Assembly (NCBI RefSeq): GCF_001194135.2
Contig: NC_068989.1
Span: 77,546,224 to 77,610,223 of the forward strand
Reading direction: 5' to 3'
From: Octopus bimaculoides
Taxonomy: Eukaryota
Length of the DNA stretch: 64,000 bases
A program made the position numbers and the translations under genes. Shown in pieces: positions 24,423 to 38,399 of this stretch; position 1 is the first letter of the stretch; every line of letters begins with the position of its first letter. The notes under the pieces were generated by a model. The model saw only the letters and a program-made list of their open reading frames with translations, was not told the DNA's origin and did not search any database.

Positions 24423-25604
24423 AGTGGAGAACTAAATCAGATCGAAGTCTTATTATAAACAGAACTAGCCTAAAGTTTGCGTGTCTATATTTATGCCACA
24501 ATAGTCAATTAAATACAGTAAAACATCATGAGACAAACAGTCACTCTATGCTATTGTTCATATGTATGTATTTGTTTTTATAATTATATATAATGGATTC
24601 AGAAGATAGTAGAACTTCTATATTAAAATTAAGTAGAAGATATGAAAAATAATTAAATTGAACAGAAAATAGATGTGTAGATCAGAGATATGTGCATATA
24701 AATATAAATATACAACAATTAGGAAAAATGAATAGTAAGTAAAAAGACATAAAAGAAAATTAAAATATAAAATGGTTTTCTAAATTGGTTATAATCTAGC
24801 AAAAAAGATGCTGTGTCATAAATAGTACAAATATTTCCATCAACTTTGATAAATCACCACCATCATCGTCATCATCAACTGCATCACTACAAACACCAGC
24901 ACAACCACGACCGCTGTACCCCTCCTACTCATCATCACCATCATTCCCATCATCACCATTATCCTCCACATCAGTATCATCATTTAATGTTCTCTCTCCA
25001 CACTGGTACGGTTTGAACGGTACAACAGGAATTGATTAAACAAAGAACAGCCTCTTGGGGGGGGGGGGGCGTTTCCATTCCCGGATGCCCTTCCTTGCAT
25101 TTGTTTGTGTGTATATATATGTGTGTGTGTGAACGTGTGCGCACGTCATCATTTTAATGTGCCTAATCAATGACCTTATATGTAATAGATGGTCTGAGAA
25201 TCTGCACCTGGAATGAGTTCTGCATGAAACAGGCCAAGGGGTATAGTTTCAGGGACAAAACCTAGCTGTTGCCTTAGCAACACTGATGATGCCCTAACAA
25301 TAGGCAATGTCCATACAGCTTGGAAACAGTGTCAATGAGGACATTGCCATTTTAAATCTTTTGTTACTATCCTTCTTTCAAACAAACAAACTCTGTTTTA
25401 ATTAATTTTGAAAATAATGAAGAATTTAGTAAAACTGACAGTCATTATTAAGCAGGTGTTTGGAATAAATTAGCATAAATTTTGGTGGAAGGTTTTAATT
25501 TACATTATTTTACAAAAGGAAGTTTATATCACAGAACCAGGAATGTCTTCAGGTTTCAGGTTTGGATAAATTTAAAGTTGTTTAGGCATTTTTTAATTTA
25601 CTTT

Positions 25605-25855
25605 CTTTCATTTACTTGTTTCAGTCATTTGACTGTGGCCATGCTGGAGCACCGCCTTTACTCGAGCAAATCGACCCCAAGACTTATTCTTTGTAAGCCT
25701 AATATTCATTCTGTCGAACTCTTTTGCTGAACCGCTAGTTTACAGGGACGTAAACACACCAACATCGGTTGTCAAGCAATAGTGTTGGTGGGGACAAGCA
25801 CAAACACACATACAAATATATACATACAAATATATACATACATACATATACATAC

Positions 25856-25890
<35 letters not shown>

Positions 25891-26057
25891 AATAAACAAC
25901 AGGCTTCTTTCAGTTTCCATCTATCAAATCCACTCACAAGGCTTTGGTTGGCCTGAGGCTATAGTAGAAAACATTTGCGCAAGGTGCCAAGCAGTGGAAC
26001 TGAACCCACAACCATGTGGTTAGGAAACAAGCTTCTTGCCACACAGCCACACTGTGC
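25605..26057 (-). mobile_element. SINE family A, full length
   Basis: Reverse complement of both halves with an internal (CA/TA)n. Confidence 0.85.
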
Positions 26058-27116
26058 TTATGTATACATATGTATTGTAAATGAAGTAAAATAAAGAAAT
26101 TTGGCAAAGTTAAAGTTAATGTTTTATGAAAAACATATCTCTTTGAGTTTATTTGATGAAGAGTTGGGCCTCCTTGGTGATAAATATTTAACAGCTGCAG
26201 TATTATATCTGTACTAATGTAACATAATAATGTGCAGTTTGGTATTAATAGGGTTAATGAAAAGATCTCGACAAGTACATGTTTGATAATATTGCATTCT
26301 CTACTGACTTGAAGATAAAATGGTAAAATAAAACTGTATAGAACAAAAGTGAAAAACACTCTCCTCCTTCTACCAAAAGAAAAATTAGGAAATTAGAATA
26401 ATAGGATTCTTAAAAGTTGAAACCAAAGAGACTTAGAACATCAAAAATGTAAATTTTAACAATTATATTTATAATTAGCCATTTTGTAAAATTGAATCAA
26501 AATTAAGCAACATGTAGGAGAATAAGAAAATAGAAAAAAAATTATAATAAAATAAGACATGAACATGTGAAGATTATAAGAGAGATTATAAATATTGTAT
26601 ATGTAAATAATGTTGATGATGATGAGGAAGAGGAGGGGGGATGACAACAAAAACAATAATTAAAAACATATTGATATATCTCTGTAATATGGATTTAAAA
26701 CAGTTTTGTAAACAACAGAGAAAAGAGAGAGCTCATTCATGCACATATACATACATTTATATACATATACATACACATATACGTTCACAAGCATATACTT
26801 ACATTCATACATATATAGCCATTGACTTGGATACAGATATGTATGCATTTCTGCATAAACACTTTTACAAATTTGCATATATGTATAAATGTTTGAATTA
26901 GAAAGTATTTCTTATCTTTCGTTGTTTATAATTTCAAGCATATTTAAGGTTTTTAATCCTTCAAAGAATCAGGTTATGCGGTTAGGTTTAAACTGTAAAT
27001 AATAGTACTTCTGACTTAGGTTACATATCTACAGATATGCATACATCATCATCATTAAAAGCCATCATAATTTAACTTCTGCGCTTCCATAATTTTTCAG
27101 TTTGGATGGATTGTAT

Positions 27117-27271
27117 TGGAGTGGCTGAGTGGTAAGTCACTTGCTTACCAACCACATGGTTCTGGGTTCATTCCCACTGCGTGGCACCTTGGGCTAGTGT
27201 TTTCAACTATAGCCTCAGGCCGACCAAAGCCTTGTAAGTGGATTTGGTAGACGGAAACTGAAAGAAGCCTG

Positions 27272-27302
<31 letters not shown>
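27117..27302 (+). mobile_element. SINE family A 5' half running into an assembly gap
   Basis: Head and CORE-like block, then (TA)n, then Ns. Confidence 0.85.
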
Positions 27303-27728
27303 NNNNNNNNNNNNNNNNNNNNNNNNNNNNNNNNNNNNNNNNNNNNNNNNNNNNNNNNNNNNNNNNNNNNNNNNNNNNNNNNNNNNNNNNNNNNNNNNNN
27401 NNNNNNNNNNNNNNNNNNNNNNNNNNNNNNNNNNNNNNNNNNNNNNNNNNNNNNNNNNNNNNNNNNNNNNNNNNNNNNNNNNNNNNNNNNNNNNNNNNNN
27501 NNNNNNNNNNNNNNNNNNNNNNNNNNNNNNNNNNNNNNNNNNNNNNNNNNNNNNNNNNNNNNNNNNNNNNNNNNNNNNNNNNNNNNNNNNNNNNNNNNNN
27601 NNNNNNNNNNNNNNNNNNNNNNNNNNNNNNNNNNNNNNNNNNNNNNNNNNNNNNNNNNNNNNNNNNNNNNNNNNNNNNNNNNNNNNNNNNNNNNNNNNNN
27701 NNNNNNNNNNNNNNNNNNNNNNNNNNNN

Positions 27729-27769
<41 letters not shown>

Positions 27770-27774
<5 letters not shown>

Positions 27775-28110
27775 CATCATCATCATCATCATCCTCATCA
27801 TAATCATCATTTAAAGTCTGTTTTCTATGCTGGCATAGGTTGGACAATTTCAGCAGGGCTGGTAAGTTCAGGGGCTTCATTGTCTGTTCGGGTGTGGCTT
27901 CTACAGCTGGATGTCCTTTCTAATGCCAGTCACTCCACTGAGGGTACTGGGTACCTTTTATGTGGTACCAGCATTGGTATCAGTTCTACAATGGCAGATG
28001 AGTCTTCTTGAGTACAGCAAGGTGCCAGACATCTCGGCCCTTTGCCATCTCCTTTGTAAGGCTCTGTGTCTTGAGATCAGCTTTCAATATTTTGAAAGCA
28101 CACTGCTGGT
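27770..28110 (-). mobile_element. RTE LINE 3' end with (GAT)n tail
   Basis: Minus strand reads ADLKTQSLTKEMAKGRDVWHLAVLKKT (RTE C-terminal DL..L.L..E...DR..WR), then a 3' UTR and a (GAT)n tail. Confidence 0.7.
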
Positions 28111-28588
28111 GTAGTGAATGGGGAACGCTTGGTCTGCAATGTTTGCAATTGAATATGCTTGTCAAGAACAGAGCTCATTAGCCACCAACAGAGCCACAAA
28201 TGCAAAATATAAGNNNNNNNNNNNNNNNNNNNNNNNNNNNNNNNNNNNNNNNNNNNNNNNNNNNNNNNNNNNNNNNNNNNNNNNNNNNNNNNNNNNNNNN
28301 NNNNNNNNNNNNNTAGATTTGCTTCATATATCTTGGTGAATAGGAATTATGGTTCCACAACATTAAAGCAAAAGGATTTTCCTAGAAACTATTCATGTGC
28401 AAGCTCCACTGATGCACGCACACACACACACACATACATTTATAGCAACAATCATGAATATGTACGAGTATTCATGAACAAGTATACTTGTATTCTCAAC
28501 TTAGAAATTGTTATCTATATGCTAACACAATTATAGAAAGTCTTAAACACACCTAGAAATCTGTGTGCATATATATGTGTGTGTGTGT

Positions 28589-28790
28589 CAGTACCAATGA
28601 AAAGAAGAAGACAAAAGAAAATTCATTGTCACATCTTTAATTGTAAATTACAAAGTTTTCTGTACCATTTCCATTTGAAACTCCAGTTTATACAAAAATT
28701 TTTAAAAAGAAAATATGGTACTGAAACATTTGCAAATCATAATTGAAGATGTGTTAATGAATTTTCTTTGTCTTCTACTTTTCATTGGAT
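28589..28790. mobile_element. Tc1-type fold-back MITE (~80-bp imperfect inverted arms)
   Basis: CAGTACCAATGAAAAG start. 28594-28675 is about 80% complementary to 28710-28789. Confidence 0.55.
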
Positions 28791-29314
28791 TATACATTCT
28801 TCACCAAGCCATATGATGGAATAATCATCATGAAACTTGAATTTTCTGCAACCGGAGTTTTCTGGCTTTGGCTTGGATCTTAACAGTATTAATATCCCAG
28901 TTGTTGAGGCGAGTACTTCACTGGAAATACCCCAACTTCACACCCAAACTGTCCTTAGCCATTTGCTCGCTCTCTCTCTATCTCTCTCTNNNNNNNNNNN
29001 NNNNNNNNNNNNNNNNNNNNNNNNNNNNNNNNNNNNNNNNNNNNNNNNNNNNNNNNNNNNNNNNNNNNNNNNNNNNNNNNNNNNNNNNNNNNNNNNNNNN
29101 NNNNNNNNNNNNNNNNNNNNNNNNNNNNNNNNNNNNNNNNNNNNNNNNNNNNNNNNNNNNNNNNNNNNNNNNNNNNNNNNNNNNNNNNNNNNNNNNNNNN
29201 NNNNNNNNNNNNNNNNNNNNNNNNNNNNNNNNNNNNNNNNNNNNNNNNNNNNNNNNNNNNNNNNNNNNNTATATATATATATATATACACATACACATAC
29301 ATACACACACGTGA

Positions 29315-29507
29315 ATGGCACCCATACTGATGGCATGTAAAATCAGCCATTATACTTCTGGAGTGGTTGGTGATATGAACAGCATCCAGCTGTAAAAACC
29401 ATGCCAAATCAGACTGGAATCTTGTGCAGATCTCTGGCTCATCAGCTCTAGTCAAACTGTCTAACCCATACCAGCAGGGAGAGCAGACGTTAAACAATGA
29501 TGATGAT
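29315..29507 (+). mobile_element. RTE-type 3' UTR/tail fragment
   Basis: CATCCAGCTGTAAAAACCATGCCAAATCAGACTGG...GACGTTAAACAATGATGATGAT. Related copies at about 20335, 20830, 22775, 24975 and 31070. Confidence 0.65.
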
Positions 29508-30503
29508 ATATATACTGATCTATCTATCTATCTATTTATCAATTCATATCTCTATAACTACATATCTGTCAATGTACCTACCTACCTACCTATCTATCTA
29601 TCTATCTATCTATCTGTCTGTCTATATATAAATATATACATATATGTATATATATATATGTATATATCACTTAATCAACCAGTCGATCGGATGTTGTTAT
29701 ACATCTCTGACCACGATGCGCTTTGCATCAATTTAACTTTAGAGTGATGCCACCCTATTGGCCAGACAATGAGGTCAACATTCCTTTCTGATCAGAAAGC
29801 TAGTCCATTTGCAGGGTAACACATTTGCAACTGAGTGAATAGCAGCAACAAGAAATGAAGCCTTTTGCTCAAAAATGCAAGTATAGGTGTACAGAAAACA
29901 GATGAACAAGTTGTTAAACATAGAGATGGAGTGATGGGTATGTAAAAAGTTAGAGGGATGCAGAGATAAAGATGATGTATGCAAGTTAAAAGGAAGTAAA
30001 TACAACAATTCCCATATAATTTACTAACACTTCTTCAAATGTAGAAAAATTCAATGCTTATGTACACACACACACAAACACACATACACACGCACACATC
30101 CGTACACACGTATATACTAATGTACATATGTACACTTATATATAACTATATATATCTAAAGTGATATGTATATGTCTTTAGATATGGATGTGTCAAATAT
30201 AACACATTCTGTCTGGTCTTTCCCTCTGAGGCATGTAATAATAAACTAATTAATAAATAATTAATATTAACAATAATTAAGAATATTATGATTTACAATC
30301 AATTAGTCTGCATAATAAATATAAAACATGGTTGAAAACATCTCAGAATATTTGTTCCTCCGTGTGTATGTATATATATATATATATATTTTCTTTTATT
30401 CTTTTATTTGTTTCAGTCATTTGACTGCAGCCATGCTGGAGCATCACCTTTAGTCAAACAAATCGATCATGATCCGTATACCATAACCAGTAATCCGAAC
30501 ACC

Positions 30504-30541
<38 letters not shown>

Positions 30542-30926
30542 NNNNNNNNNNNNNNNNNNNNNNNNNNNNNNNNNNNNNNNNNNNNNNNNNNNNNNNNNNN
30601 NNNNNNNNNNNNNNNNNNNNNNNNNNNNNNNNNNNNNNNNNNNNNNNNNNNNNNNNNNNNNNNNNNNNNNNNNNNNNNNNNNNNNNNNNNNNNNNNNNNN
30701 NNNNNNNNNNNNNNNNNNNNNNNNNNNNNNNNNNNNNNNNNNNNNNNNNNNNNNNNNNNNNNNNNNNNNNNNNNNNNNNNNNNNNNNNNNNNNNNNNNNN
30801 NNNNNNNNNNNNNNNNNNNNNNNNNNNNNNNNNNNNNNNNNNNNNNNNNNNNNNNNNNNNNNNNNNNNNNNNNNNNNNNNNNNNNNNNNNNNNNNNNNNN
30901 NNNNNNNNNNNNNNNNNNNNNNNNNN

Positions 30927-30989
<63 letters not shown>

Positions 30990-31069
30990 ACACACATGTA
31001 TATACATATACACATACACATATATATGCACACACATGTTTACATCCACACACACACATACATAAAGCA

Positions 31070-31240
31070 CTCAGTCCACTCTGCAGGGTAGTTGGCCTTA
31101 TGAAGGGCATCCGGCCATAAAAAAAAAAACCATGCCAAAACAGACACTGTAGTATGGTGCAGTATTCTACCTAGCCAGCTCCTGTCAAACAGACCAGTCC
31201 ATGACAGCATGGAAAGTCGACGTTAAATGATGACAATGAT
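31070..31240 (+). mobile_element. RTE-type 3' UTR/tail fragment
   Basis: GGGCATCCGGCC...AAACCATGCC...CAGCATGGAAAGTCGACGTTAAATGATGA. Confidence 0.65.
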
Positions 31241-31855
31241 GATATATTTTTACACATAGATGTATGCACTCTTGCTGACACTTAGCCATATACACACACA
31301 CGCATATATATACACACACGCAGGCAACATATAAATGCAGTTATAAAACTCCACGGCAAAAGGTAGCTACTAGACTAGTAAAATGCCACCACCTACGCAT
31401 GCAGTAAAAGAATAACTGAATACACTATACAGCAGCTGGTTGGTGTAATGGCTTTACAAATGCATTTGAGCATGTATGCACTATTTGGTGCAGCAGTGAA
31501 GAGGATTGTGCAGTTGCGCCTTATATGTGTGAGTACTTTTGGCAGTTGTTTTGACAATGGTGGCATTTCGTTTCATAAACATGTGGTGATGGGGGTTGTA
31601 GGAGGTTATCGGTTATGTTGGTGGTACAGGTGTTATTTGTGGTGGACTTGGTGGAGCTGTTGTTGTTGGTGGTGGTAATGGTAGGGACGGTAGTGCAAGT
31701 GTTAGGGTGGTATTTGTTTGGTAGTGGCGGTGGGGTATATGTAGTGGTGTATTTGTGGTGGCGGTGGTTGTGGTGTTATTGGTAGTAGTGGTGGTGGTGG
31801 TTGTAGTAATATTGGTAGTTGTAATGGGTGGGTACTAGTGCATAACTGGTACTTT

Positions 31856-32165
31856 GTGAAGGCACAATGGCTCAGTGGTTAGGGCAGCGGACTCGCAGTT
31901 GGAGGATCGTGGTTTCGATTCCCAGACTGGACGTTGTGTGTGTTTATTGAGTGAAAACACCTAAAGCTCCACGAGGCTCCGACAGGGGTGGTGATCCCTG
32001 TTGTACTCTTTTGCCCCAATTTTCACTCACTCTTTCTTCCTGTTTCTTGAGTAATGCTGCAATGGACTGGCATCCCATCCAGCTAGGAGGAACACGTACG
32101 CTATAAAACCGGGAAACCGGGCCCATGAGCCTGGCTAGGGTTTAAAAGGGCACATAAATAAATAA
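31856..32165 (+). mobile_element. SINE family C head with an alternative tail (type 2)
   Basis: First ~190 bp match the 8638-9026 element. It then diverges to GCTGCAATGGACTGGCATCCCATCCAG...AAACCGGGCCCATGAGCC. Flanked by (GGT)n low-complexity DNA. Confidence 0.8.
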
Positions 32166-33042
32166 GTGGGTGGGTAGGTACTGATGGTGTTATTTGTAAT
32201 GGTGGTAGTGGTAGTGATGGGATAGTATTTGTGTGGTTGTGGTGGGGTACTTGTAATGGTTGTGGTGGGGTACTTGTAATGGTTGTGGTGGTTGTGGTGG
32301 TGGTAAGTTGCTAGCCCTTTCGGGGTTGATAAAATTAGTACCAGTTGAATACTTGGGTTGATGTAATCCCCTGAATCTACTGACCTTGTGCCAAAATTTG
32401 AAATCAATATCAATTGTGTTTGGAGTACATGTGATGGTGGTAACGATGTTGGTGAGATAGGGGTAGTTGTGTAAGTCAAAGTGGTGGTCCTCGGACCGGT
32501 GCCTGTCCACGAGCCATCAGCTGCCAGTACGCGACAAGTTTCCAGAAAAGAAAGAAACATTATGAAATGCTTATAAAATGCTTATGAAATGCTAAGGTAA
32601 TATTGTATTATTTGTTTACAAAATAAATAGAAGATATAAAAAAAATGTCAGCTTTTATTATATTCATTATATATATTGTTTCCGGTATAAATTAATATTA
32701 CTAAGAAATATTACCAGTCCTTGGAACATTGGGGGGAAAAAAAACTACCGGTACGCCACATCAGATAGTTTCAGAAGCACTAGTGTAAGTGATACTGACT
32801 GTGTATGCAATAGTGGTGTTGGAGGAAGTGGTGGTGGTGCTGGTTCTAATAGTGGTGTGGTGATTGTGCTGGTGGTGGTGGTGGTGGTGGTGGTGGTGGA
32901 GGTTGTGCTTACTTATAATTACTGCATTTACTGCTACTCTTATTTAACCCTAGGTCAGCTCTCATTCACTAGTCATATGAATAAAGACAACACATCCATG
33001 ACCATCCACTATGTTTATTTACACACACACACACACACACAC

Positions 33043-33077
<35 letters not shown>

Positions 33078-33624
33078 TATATCCAATACTAGATTACATG
33101 ATCAATAATTTCCTTAATGAAGAAGGTAGGATATGGCTTCACGGACATTCGACTGCTACATCTAGCAGATCGAGTGCACATGTTGAATCTCCTGTGTATC
33201 ATGATGGTGGTGTTAGTGATGGTGGTGATGGCAGTGGGTCATGTAGATGATGCCGAGAAAGAGAAGGAAAAAAGAGAGGAAGATAATGGCAGTGGTGGTG
33301 GTGGTGGTGGTGGTGGTGATGCAGATGCAGATAATGATGCGAGGGGGAAGGAAACGGTGGTGGCGGTGGTAATTGTGGTGTGTTCGAGTCACAGCTATTA
33401 CGAATGTGTGTGTGTGTGTGTGTATCAAGTTTTATCTTTACATTCTATGCCCTAAAGTCTTCATATGATTATAAAGACATGTTCGTGCTCCCTGCAACTC
33501 ACCAGATGTAGGGCAAGGTTTGGACATATTGAACCTGCCACAGTCCACCCCACTCGAGATCTGAAAAGACAGGGGGGAGCAGAATCGATCCGGTACTGGG
33601 CTGGCACTTTGTTGATCGAATGAG

Positions 33625-33880
33625 AAGGAAAGAAAGAAAAAGGAGAAAAGAAGGAAGGAAAGGAACACAAGAGAAAAACAGAAAGAAAGGAAAGAAGATA
33701 AAAAAAAGAATGAGTGAAAGAAAGGAAGAAAGAAAGAAAGGAAGGAAGGAAGAATGAGTGAAAGGAAGAAAAATAGAAATAATGGGTGAAAGGAAGAAAA
33801 AAAAGAAAGAAGGAAAGAAGGAAAGGAAGAAAAGAAGAAAAAAGCAAAGAAAGAATGAGTGAAAGAAAGACAGAAAAAAA
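33625..33880. repeat. Polypurine (GAAA/GGAA)n tract
   Basis: Direct. Confidence 0.85.
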
Positions 33881-34536
33881 TTGACCTCTGTGTGATTTGA
33901 ACTCAGGGAGTAGAGATCCGGAACGAACAGTGCTAGGTATTGTATCCGATGCACCAACCGCCTGGTGATGTCTTTCCTGTTGACGCCGATTTGCAACCCG
34001 TTTAAACAAAATCTTAGCAGCATGAAATCTCCCCAGCCTGCAAAAACCATGCGNNNNNNNNNNNNNNNNNNNNNNNNNNNNNNNNNNNNNNNNNNNNNNN
34101 NNNNNNNNNNNNNNNNNNNNNNNNNNNNNNNNNNNNNNNNNNNNNNNNNNNNNNNNNNNNNNNNNNNNNNNNNNNNNNNNNNNNNNNNNNNNNNNNNNNN
34201 NNNNNNNNNNNNNNNNNNNNNNNNNNNNNNNNNNNNNNNNNNNNNNNNNNNNNNNNNNNNNNNNNNNNNNNNNNNNNNNNNNNNNNNNNNNNNNNNNNNN
34301 NNNNNNNNNNNNNNNNNNNNNNNNNNNNNNNNNNNNNNNNNNNNNNNNNNNNNNNNNNNNNNNNNNNNNNNNNNNNNNNNNNNNNNNNNNNNNNNNNNNN
34401 NNNNNNNNNNNNNNNNNNNNNNNNNNNNNNNNNNNNNNNNNNNNNNNNNNNNNNNNNNNNNNNNNNNNNNNNNNNNNNNNNNNNNNNNNNNNNNNNNNNN
34501 NNNNNNNNNNNNNNNNNNNNNNNNNCTAGAAAGATG

Positions 34537-34567
<31 letters not shown>

Positions 34568-34723
34568 TGACAGACAAACGGATATGTTTTTCCCCCCAAA
34601 TTATTGACTGATGCTTCAGCAAAATGTTAAATTGTTTTATGTGTAACTTTACATTCCTCATTAAAGCAAACAAAACCATCCATCCATTCATCAATACATA
34701 TATACACACACACACACATAATA

Positions 34724-34886
34724 GGCGCAGGAGCGGCTGTGTGGTAAGTCGCTTGCTTACCAACCACATGGTTCCGAATTCAGTCCCACTGCGTGGCACC
34801 TTGGGCAAGTGTCTTCTACTATAGCCTCGGGCCAACCAAAGCCTTGTGATTAGATATGGTAGACAGAAACTGAAAGAAACCCGTCG

Positions 34887-34941
<55 letters not shown>

Positions 34942-35135
34942 GTCCCCCCCCCAACATCGTGTGTTTACATCGATACTGGTGTGTTTACGTCCCCGTAACT
35001 AAGCGGTTCGGCAAAAGAGGCTGATAGAATAAGTACTAGGCATTCAAAGAATAAGTTCTGGGGTCGATTTACTCGACTAAAATCGGTGCTCCAGCATGGC
35101 CGCAGTCAAATGACTGAAATAATTAAAAAGAGTAA
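34724..35135 (+). mobile_element. SINE family A, full length
   Basis: Head, CORE-like block, internal (TG)n, second half and tail. Confidence 0.9.
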
Positions 35136-35581
35136 AGATACATATATGCATAGCTGCACGCATACATATATGTGCATATGTGAGATACAAAGCGAATTAG
35201 CACAGTGCTAACATTTTGAACTAAAAGCTATCATCAGTAGAGTCACGTATATATATGATTGGATATATTCACGCAGTTCGCCATACCAGCCGTCCATACC
35301 ATCATACCATGGACACCACTTTCATTTAAGATAACTCACGGAAACACGGAAAAAAGAGTAGAAAATCACACACAAACACACACACACACACAAACACACA
35401 CACATACACATTCGCACACACAACACACTCAAGCATGCCAAGTGGGAAGGGTGTATTGATTCAAACCCACAATGGTATGCATTCATCGCATTAAATATGC
35501 ATGCGGAGGCGTATGTGTGAGTATACAAATATAAACATATACACAAATATACACACAAATATGTATGCATGTATATATAGT

Positions 35582-35629
<48 letters not shown>

Positions 35630-35634
35630 TACAT

Positions 35635-35783
35635 TTGTTTTAGTCATTTGACTGCGGCCATGCTGGAGCACCGCCGTTAGTCGAACAAATCGACACCAGG
35701 ACTCATTCTTTGTAAGCCTAGTATTTATTCTATCAGCCCATTTTGCCGAACCGCTAGATTACAGGTACGTAAACACACCAGGA

Positions 35784-35821
<38 letters not shown>

Positions 35822-35988
35822 CGCACACATACGACAGGCTTCTTTCAGTTTCCATCTACCAAATCCAAACACAAAGCTTTGGTGGTCCCGAGGCTATGAT
35901 AGAAGACAGTTGTCCAAGGTGCCACACAGTGGGACTGGACCTGGAACCATAGGTTGAGAAGCAAGGTTCTTACCACACTGCCACTCCT
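35635..35988 (-). mobile_element. SINE family A
   Basis: Reverse complement of both halves with an internal (CA)n. Confidence 0.85.
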
Positions 35989-36040
35989 ATGGATATATAT
36001 TATACACATACGTACATCTAAATATATATATATATACACA

Positions 36041-36091
<51 letters not shown>

Positions 36092-36328
36092 ATGTATATT
36101 GACACACGTAAATTTAATATTTATAGCAATTGCTATCAAAATATATATACGAAGAATATATATATATATTTATTCTTCGTGTTGCTATCATTATTATATC
36201 CGCTAAGGTCCACTTTGCCTTTCATTCTTTCGGGGTCGATAAATTAAGTACCAGTGAAACACTGGGGTTGATGTAATCGACTTGTCCCCTCCACCGAAAC
36301 TGCTGTCCTTGTGCCTATAGTAGAAAGG

Positions 36329-36363
<35 letters not shown>

Positions 36364-36777
36364 CATTTCTTAAAGGTGTCTGATTTGGCCCTACACAACT
36401 TCATAGGATGGTCACGTCGGGCTTACGGAAGCCTAGGAACTTTTAAGTTGCATGTGGTTAGATCAGAGCGTTTTAAATAACAATATATGCAAACCTACTA
36501 AATGTGTTGAGTATCTCTTTCTTTCGTTTGCCCACTCACACATATGTATTTACACANNNNNNNNNNNNNNNNNNNNNNNNNNNNNNNNNNNNNNNNNNNN
36601 NNNNNNNNNNNNNNNNNNNNNNNNNNNNNNNNNNNNNNNNNNNNNNNNNNNNNNNNNNNATATATATGCTAAAAGCGAATCACATTAGAATAGCCCTTCA
36701 AAAATTATTACACTGGCAGTGCTCCAGCATGGCCACAGCCTCTGGGCTGAAAAGTATAAAAATTTAAAGAATTTTGT

Positions 36778-36808
<31 letters not shown>

Positions 36809-36812
36809 TATG

Positions 36813-36845
<33 letters not shown>

Positions 36846-36846
<1 letters not shown>

Positions 36847-37422
36847 TGTGTGGTGGAAGAAGTTTACTTCCCGACGCCATAATTCCAAGTTCAGTTTTTG
36901 TGCGTGGAACATTCGGCATGTGTTTTCTAGTTTAGCCTAAGGCCGAAGAAAGCTTTGTGAGTGAATTTGGTAGACAGAAGCTTAAAGAAGAAATCATATA
37001 AATATATATATATATTTATGCGTGTGTTGACAAACGCTTGACAACCAGTATTGGTATTTCCGTCCCTGGAACTTAGCAGTTCGGCAAAAGTGTTCGACAG
37101 GATAAGTACCAGGGTTTCAAAAAATCCTGGTGTCGATTTGTTCGACTAAAACCCTTCAAGGTGGTACCCCAGCATGGCCGCAGTCAATGACTAAAGTAAA
37201 AGAAAAAACATGTTTGTAAGCGCAGGAGTGGCTGTGTGGTACGATGCTTGCTTCCCAACCACATGATTCCAGGTTCAGTCCCACTGCGTGGTACCTTGAA
37301 CAAGATTCTTCTGGTATAGTCACGGGCCGACCTAAGCCTTGTGAGTGGATTTGGTAGACGGAAACTGAAAGAAGCCTGTCGTGTATATATATATATATAT
37401 ATACACATATATATATATATAT

Positions 37423-37461
<39 letters not shown>

Positions 37462-38062
37462 NNNNNNNNNNNNNNNNNNNNNNNNNNNNNNNNNNNNNNN
37501 NNNNNNNNNNNNNNNNNNNNNNNNNNNNNNNNNNNNNNNNNNNNNNNNNNNNNNNNNNNNNNNNNNNNNNNNNNNNNNNNNNNNNNNNNNNNNNNNNNNN
37601 NNNNNNNNNNNNNNNNNNNNNNNNNNNNNNNNNNNNNNNNNNNNNNNNNNNNNNNNNNNNNNNNNNNNNNNNNNNNNNNNNNNNNNNNNNNNNNNNNNNN
37701 NNNNNNNNNNNNNNNNNNNNNNNNNNNNNNNNNNNNNNNNNNNNNNNNNNNNNNNNNNNNNNNNNNNNNNNNNNNNNNNNNNNNNNNNNNNNNNNNNNNN
37801 NNNNNNNNNNNNNNNNNNNNNNNNNNNNNNNNNNNNNNNNNNNNNNNNNNNNNNNNNNNNNNNNNNNNNNNNNNNNNNNNNNNNNNNNNNNNNNNNNNNN
37901 NNNNNNNNNNNNNNNNNNNNNNNNNNNNNNATATATATATATATACACATATATATATATATACACACACATATATATATATACACATATATATATATGT
38001 TAAAAATGGAGAGGAGAAGATGTTAAAATTTTTAAAAGAATTTTAATACATGCGTACAATCG

Positions 38063-38119
<57 letters not shown>

Positions 38120-38335
38120 GCGTGTCTGTTTGTCCTCACCCCACCGTCGCTTGACAACCGATTTTGGTGTGTCTACGTCCCAGCATCTTAGCGTTGCGGT
38201 TCGTCAAATGAAACCGATAGGAGAATAGTAGGCTTACAAAGAATAAGTACTGGGGTCGATTTGTTCGAGTAAGGCCGGTGTTCCAGCATGGCCGCAGTCA
38301 AATAACTGAAACATGTAAAAGAATAAAAGAATAAA
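36846..38335 (+). mobile_element. Two head-to-tail SINE family A copies (36846-37203 degenerate; 37219 to gap, second half 38115-38335)
   Basis: Family A motifs. The gap starts in the internal (TA)n. Confidence 0.7.
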
Positions 38336-38399
38336 TGACTATATATGTGTGCATTGTACGCCAGCAAACATATAGTAAGCCTTACACCTATTTAAAAAC

